Source: Archaeoglobus fulgidus DSM 4304
GTDB taxonomy: Archaea; Halobacteriota; Archaeoglobi; Archaeoglobales; Archaeoglobaceae
Assembly: GCF_000008665.1 (NCBI RefSeq)
Contig: NC_000917.1
Coordinates: 90,001 to 122,000, forward strand
Direction of reading: 5' to 3'
Length of the DNA: 32,000 nt
Part shown: in pieces, positions 27,660-32,000 of the stretch
How positions within the stretch are numbered: the first letter of the stretch is position 1
Layout: each line of letters starts with the position of its first letter
Notes under the pieces: generated by a model
What the model was told of the DNA's origin: nothing
The model's input: the letters and a program-made list of their open reading frames with translations, nothing else
Database searches by the model: none
Made by a program: the position numbers and the translations under genes

Positions 27660-28325
27660 TTATTTAAGCTTTGAGGTTGGAGTCAACTCCCTCTTAACCT
27701 CCTTGGTAAGTTTGTCGGCGATTCTTATCGGCTCAGGAAGCTTGTAGCCTTTAAGGCACTTTCTCGTCAGCTCCAAGGCTGAGTCAGGAGATATGTAACT
27801 CCCCGGTGAGATGAAGATTGGTTTGCACCTCCTGCAGCTTTTAAGGGCGTAGCCTATGGTTTCACTTCCATCTAAAAGCCTCCAAAGCCCATCTTCCACC
27901 TCTACCATCTCACCAAAAAGCCTTTTCTTTGTTATCCCCACAGTCGGCTTTCTCAGCTTTAGGGCGATGTATGTTGCAAGCCCGCACCTTCTCGGATGGG
28001 CAATTCCGCTCCCATCAACCATGATTGCCGCTCTGTCATCCACAAGCCCTTTGACCGCATTAACTGCAGGCTCTCCCTCCCTGAACATGAGAAAGGTGGG
28101 GATGTAGGGGAAAGTGACCTTCTCAACCCTCACAGCTTTATCAACAACCTCCAGTTCCGGAAAGGTCAGCTTGACCGCACATGAGACAACCTCATCGCTG
28201 ATAAAGGCCTGATCAACACCCACAACGTACTCAAGCTCTTCAAGAGGGATTAAGTCTTCGAGAACCACACTTCTGGACATCTCCTCCTGTATCCTCCTCA
28301 GCTCTTCGAGATTCATTTGAAGCAC
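27660..28325 (-). CDS. nfi: Endonuclease V
   Basis: The 221-aa ORF has VVGVDQAF and DGSGIAHPRRCGLATYIAL motifs typical of EndoV. Confidence 0.9.
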   Translation of the reverse strand: MLQMNLEELRRIQEEMSRSVVLEDLIPLEELEYVVGVDQAFISDEVVSCAVKLTFPELEVVDKAVRVEKVTFPYIPTFLMFREGEPAVNAVKGLVDDRAAIMVDGSGIAHPRRCGLATYIALKLRKPTVGITKKRLFGEMVEVEDGLWRLLDGSETIGYALKSCRRCKPIFISPGSYISPDSALELTRKCLKGYKLPEPIRIADKLTKEVKRELTPTSKLK

Positions 28326-29392
28326 TTCCAGTATTTTGAGTGAACCCTCTTCACATCCTCTATGTTGTGCTTCAGCTTCACCAATGCCGAATCCCTCTTC
28401 CGCCAGAGCAGCTCGGGGAGGTAGTTTTCGGGCTCCCTTATGGCTGACAGGTCAAAGCCCGCCATCGCCGCAATTATCCCGAGGTTTGTGTAAGGCAGGG
28501 CCCCTTCAACGCTGTAACCTCCCTCAAGAACGGCAACAAGTCTTCCGTCGCAGTGCTTTTCAGCCATTGCAACAGCCCTCCGCATCATCTCCGCATATCC
28601 CCTTGCAGTCAAAGCCAGGCTTGTAATTGGGTCCGTGAAGTGGTTGTCCTGTCCGGCAGAGATAGCAATGAACTGCGGCTTAAATTCATTGACAACTGGC
28701 TCAATTATCTCGTCAATGACCATCATGTAGCCCTCATCTCCCGTTCCGGGAGGGAGAGGGATGTTTACCGTGTAGCCCTCGCCCTTGCCAGTTCCGCACT
28801 CCTCAGGATAGCCCGTTCCGGGGTAGAGGGGCATCTGGTGGGTTGATATGAAAAGAACTCTGTCGTCGTTGTAGAAAATCTCCTGAGTGCCGTCGCCGTG
28901 GTGAGCGTCCCAGTCCAGAATGGCAATCCTTTCAAAGCCCTGCTTCAGCAGCCACTTCACCATTATCGCCATGTTGTTGAGGTAGCAAAAACCAGCCCCG
29001 ATGTAGGGCTTCGCATGGTGCCCCGGAGGGCGAATCATCGCAAAAGCGTTCTCGCACTCCTTGTTTAGCACGGCCTGAGCAGCCCTTATCGCTCCACCAG
29101 CCGCCAACAGGGCCCTGTCAAAAACCCCTACAGGAATGTTGGTGTCAAAGTCAATAATTCCGCCCTTCTTGCTCTCCATCTCAAGGAATCTTACATACTC
29201 CTCAGTGTGCACCTCAAGAACATCCTCAAGCGATGCTTTGAAGGGCTCAAGAAGAACAATACGCTCGCTCTCGAATATCCCCTCCTCCCTCAGCTGGTCC
29301 ATTGTGTAAGCAAGCCTCTCACGCCTTTCGGGATGAGTTGGGCTCTGCTCGTGCTTCAGATACTCCTCATGAAAGACAATGCCGGTAACCAT
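28313..29392 (-). CDS. Histone-deacetylase-family (class I/II HDAC/AcuC-like) Zn-dependent deacetylase
   Basis: The ORF has RPPGHH, DWDAHHGDGTQEIFY and EGGY motifs. It overlaps the nfi start by 13 nt. Confidence 0.9.
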   Translation of the reverse strand: MVTGIVFHEEYLKHEQSPTHPERRERLAYTMDQLREEGIFESERIVLLEPFKASLEDVLEVHTEEYVRFLEMESKKGGIIDFDTNIPVGVFDRALLAAGGAIRAAQAVLNKECENAFAMIRPPGHHAKPYIGAGFCYLNNMAIMVKWLLKQGFERIAILDWDAHHGDGTQEIFYNDDRVLFISTHQMPLYPGTGYPEECGTGKGEGYTVNIPLPPGTGDEGYMMVIDEIIEPVVNEFKPQFIAISAGQDNHFTDPITSLALTARGYAEMMRRAVAMAEKHCDGRLVAVLEGGYSVEGALPYTNLGIIAAMAGFDLSAIREPENYLPELLWRKRDSALVKLKHNIEDVKRVHSKYWKCFK

Positions 29393-29464
29393 CTAAAACA
29401 AATTACCGTGTGAATATAAAGCTCTTTTCAAAAAGCTTTTAACTGAACTTAATTTTTAATTTTT

Positions 29465-30049
29465 ATGGAGCTTCTTGAGTGTGTCGAGCATGTTATAAAG
29501 ACGAGGAGAAGCCACAGGCTTTACCTCGACAAGCCGGTTGAGAGGGAGAAGCTTGAGAAGATGATAGAGCTTGCCATGTGGGCACCTTCAGCTATGAACA
29601 GGCAGCAGTGGTTTTTCGTGGTTGTTGCGGGGAAGAGGCTCAAGGAGATGATAGGAATCGTCGAGAAGGGCTACGAGCACATTCTGCCCAGATTGCAGAG
29701 GTTCTTTGCTGAGACGCCAAAGGTAATAGAGCAGACAAGGAGGTTTTTCAAAAGCCTTGGAAACGCTCCTGCTGCGGTTTTTGCCTACTACACGCCAACT
29801 GGAGATGACTACAGCGATGTTCAGAGCGTTTCAGCAGCAATCCAGAACATGCTTCTCGCTGCCCATGCGATGGGCCTTGGAACCTGCTGGATGACTGGGC
29901 CTGTACATGTCGAGGAGGAGATAAACAAGGCTCTCGGCGTTGAGGGTAAAAAGCTCGTTGCTGTCATCACAGTTGGCTACCCTGCGAAGCAACCACCAGT
30001 CCCGCCGAGGAGGGATAGCGAGAAGAAAGTGGTGTGGATGCTGGATTGA
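29465..30049 (+). CDS. Nitroreductase-family oxidoreductase
   Basis: The 194-aa ORF has RRSHRLY near the N-terminus, APSAMNRQQW and GLGTCWM. Confidence 0.85.
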   Translation: MELLECVEHVIKTRRSHRLYLDKPVEREKLEKMIELAMWAPSAMNRQQWFFVVVAGKRLKEMIGIVEKGYEHILPRLQRFFAETPKVIEQTRRFFKSLGNAPAAVFAYYTPTGDDYSDVQSVSAAIQNMLLAAHAMGLGTCWMTGPVHVEEEINKALGVEGKKLVAVITVGYPAKQPPVPPRRDSEKKVVWMLD

Positions 30050-30114
30050 TGAGTAAAGCGCTTCTAAGCCAAATCCTGCTGCATCCATTTTTAGACATCA
30101 AAAAAGTTAAAAAA

Positions 30115-30588
30115 TCACTTATAGATAACCTCAAAGGCAGGCTCTACCCCAATCAAGTCTGCAAGCTTCCCCTTGCACTCCTCAGCCCAAACCGCCTTAA
30201 CTTTCATCCCCACTCTGACCTTCTCCGGCTCAGTGTTTATTAAAGGCAGAACCAAAGACGAGGAGGTGCCCTCAAATCTCACCATAGCCAGAATTATCTG
30301 CTCTCCCTCCTTCAGAAATCCTGCCTGAACTGCATCAATGCCCGCAATGACAACTTTCCCCTTCTCAAGGGGTGGGGAGACGAGGAAGGCGAGCACCTCT
30401 CCATACTGGCTGACCTCAACCTTCTCCGCTGTCTCTGTGAAGCACCTCGCACAGATTTCCCTCGGTGGCACATACACCCTGCCGCATGAAGCGCAGAGGG
30501 AGCCTATGATTTTTCTCTCCCTGAAGCTTTTGACGTACTCATCCAGATAGCCCACCGGAGCCTTCCACCTGTAGGCTCCCAGTTCCAC
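30115..30588 (-). CDS. DUF35 protein (rubredoxin-like zinc ribbon plus OB fold), thiolase-associated
   Basis: It has CASCGRVYVPPREICARC followed by an OB-fold-like C-terminus. It lies directly downstream of the thiolase genes. Confidence 0.8.
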   Translation of the reverse strand: MELGAYRWKAPVGYLDEYVKSFRERKIIGSLCASCGRVYVPPREICARCFTETAEKVEVSQYGEVLAFLVSPPLEKGKVVIAGIDAVQAGFLKEGEQIILAMVRFEGTSSSLVLPLINTEPEKVRVGMKVKAVWAEECKGKLADLIGVEPAFEVIYK

Positions 30589-30643
30589 TCTCCCTCTACC
30601 TGCATGGTTTTTTCGAATTTTTCCTTAATAAGCCCCATTTCCA

Positions 30644-31879
30644 TCACCTCGGCCTGTCTCCAAGCACCATTACCGTGTTGAACTGCACCTGTCCCCCCCA
30701 CGCGTGAGCAACTGCATTTCTCACGTCCTTTGGAACCTGATGCTCCTCAGCCTTCCCCATTATCTGCAGTGCTGCCTCCACAACCCTCTGCATGCCAGAA
30801 GAGCCAATGGCGTTTGTTGCGTTAACCCCTCCTGAGGGGCAGATGGGGAAGTCGCCGTCAATTTCTGTTACTCCCTCTTCCACAGCTTTCCATGCGGTGC
30901 CATCATCGAAGAAACCAAGTCTCTCGCTGAACATCAGCTCTTGATGGGGGAAGGGGGCGTAAATCTCAGCAACATCTATCTCCTTCCTTGGATCCTTAAT
31001 CCCCGCCCTTTCGTAGGCCTTTCTGGCAGAGAGAATTGCCCCTGTCTGGTCGGAGTAGTCAACAACTGCTGTCCCCTGATAGCTCTCTCCCTGATCAGCC
31101 TCCTCGTCAGCGTAGGCTGCAACACCCTTTACCCACGCCACCTCCTTGATTCCAAGCCTCTTCACCGCATCCTCGCTGGCGTAAATAACGCATGACGCAC
31201 CATCACTTGCAGGGCAGACGTGGCCGAAGCGCATGGGCCATATCAGCATCTCGGTCTTTGCTATGTCTTCAGGAGTGCAGTTGGGCCACTTAAGGTGGGC
31301 GTACTTGTTCTTTGCAGCATTTCTCCTTGCCTTGGCTGCAACCATGTCGAAGTGCTCGATGCTGCATCCTGATCTGGCCATGTAGAAGGCAGCCTGATAG
31401 GCTGATATGCCAGCAGCAGCACCGGCAAGGCCCATAATTGCGAAGCTCCTCATGTCCATGCCAATTTTCATCATGTAGCTTAAATTGGCGAAGGCTACGT
31501 GGAGTAAGCCTGTTGTCGCACCCGGCTCTGCGCTGTCGCTGTGCTTCTCCCAGCTCACAGCCAGAACAACATCGTACATCCCTGAAGCGACCTCGTAGTA
31601 GCCGAGGTGGGCGGTGGAGCCACCAACCGTCCCTCCTGTGGCAACTCTCTGCATCGCTTTACCCCCTGCAGCGATGTAGTCGGCAAACACCAAATCGGGC
31701 TGGCAGATCCCACCAAACCCCTGCATGTTTCCAACAGCGTAAGCCTCAATGTCTTCGGGAGCGATGCTTGCATCTTCTATCGCCGCCCAAACGGCTTCTG
31801 CAACAAGCTCAGCTTGGCTAACATCAGTCCTTCTACCATGCTTCGACTGCCCGCAACCAATAATCGCAACTCTCCTCAT
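30644..31879 (-). CDS. Thiolase-like protein (SCP-x / acetyl-CoA acyltransferase type)
   Basis: The 411-aa ORF starts MRRVAIIGCGQSKHGRR, carries a catalytic Cys/His-context region, and ends GGQVQFNTVMVLGDRPR. Confidence 0.85.
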   Translation of the reverse strand: MRRVAIIGCGQSKHGRRTDVSQAELVAEAVWAAIEDASIAPEDIEAYAVGNMQGFGGICQPDLVFADYIAAGGKAMQRVATGGTVGGSTAHLGYYEVASGMYDVVLAVSWEKHSDSAEPGATTGLLHVAFANLSYMMKIGMDMRSFAIMGLAGAAAGISAYQAAFYMARSGCSIEHFDMVAAKARRNAAKNKYAHLKWPNCTPEDIAKTEMLIWPMRFGHVCPASDGASCVIYASEDAVKRLGIKEVAWVKGVAAYADEEADQGESYQGTAVVDYSDQTGAILSARKAYERAGIKDPRKEIDVAEIYAPFPHQELMFSERLGFFDDGTAWKAVEEGVTEIDGDFPICPSGGVNATNAIGSSGMQRVVEAALQIMGKAEEHQVPKDVRNAVAHAWGGQVQFNTVMVLGDRPR

Positions 31880-32000
31880 GGCCTATCACCCAGCACAAAA
31901 ACAAGATTCTTCTGAGCACACAACCCCCACTGAGCATGAGCCAAAGCAGTTCTGCAATCTTCGACCTGATTCTCTGCCTCACCCCTGACCTGCCTTGCAG
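31876..32000 (-). CDS. Second thiolase-like paralog. Only the C-terminal 41 codons are present; the N-terminus lies beyond the window end.
   Basis: Own translation gives ...ARQVRGEAENQVEDCRTALAHAQWGLCAQKNLVFVLGDRP*. It aligns with the C-terminus of the 411-aa thiolase (..VAHAWGGQVQFNTVMVLGDRPR). Its TGA overlaps the downstream ATG (ATGA). Confidence 0.7.
   Translation of the reverse strand, partial: ARQVRGEAENQVEDCRTALAHAQWGLCAQKNLVFVLGDRP

Noticed and set aside
30504-30701. A 65-aa minus-strand ORF bridges the thiolase and DUF35 genes.
   Set aside because: It overlaps the ends of both better-supported genes in a different frame, and nothing about it is recognisable.

Overview
This window looks like a euryarchaeal chromosome segment. 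From memory, and unverified, the gene order resembles the Archaeoglobus fulgidus AF0092-AF0134 region. Most of it is recognisable housekeeping. It contains a molybdate/tungstate ABC transporter (modCBA/wtpCBA-type), pyrB-pyrI, a DhnA-type aldolase (probably ADH synthase), RNase P subunit Rpp21, and O-phosphoseryl-tRNA synthetase (SepRS). It also holds a CBS-domain regulator, a Sir2 deacetylase, PurP, an ArsR-like regulator, a CN-hydrolase, HemD, endonuclease V, an HDAC-type deacetylase and a nitroreductase. A DUF35 gene sits next to two thiolase-like genes, and there is one initiator tRNA-Met. Two stretches look accessory. (1) Positions 2.4-7.5 kb are visibly AT-richer. They carry small membrane or secreted hypotheticals, apparent gene decay, a PIN/UPF0175 toxin-antitoxin pair and a dense array of TCGA-core repeats upstream of the transporter operon. 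(2) Positions 17.9-27.6 kb hold the most interesting content. Two tandem paralogs of a protein built from three ~140-aa internal modules are separated by a decayed ~1.2-kb IS, and the second paralog has a 1-nt frameshift. Nearby are two TauE/SafE-type permease units, a USP-like protein and a ribbon-helix-helix protein. A ~20-25-aa C-terminal tail ending [D/E]-W-P-x-W-stop recurs on both triple-module proteins and on the RHH protein. It also appears as a free-standing 26-codon micro-ORF, absent from the ORF track, that overlaps the stop codon of the long TauE permease in an ATGA arrangement. I do not recognise this tail as any named sorting or targeting signal. All family assignments come from reading the translations by eye; no database searches were run.
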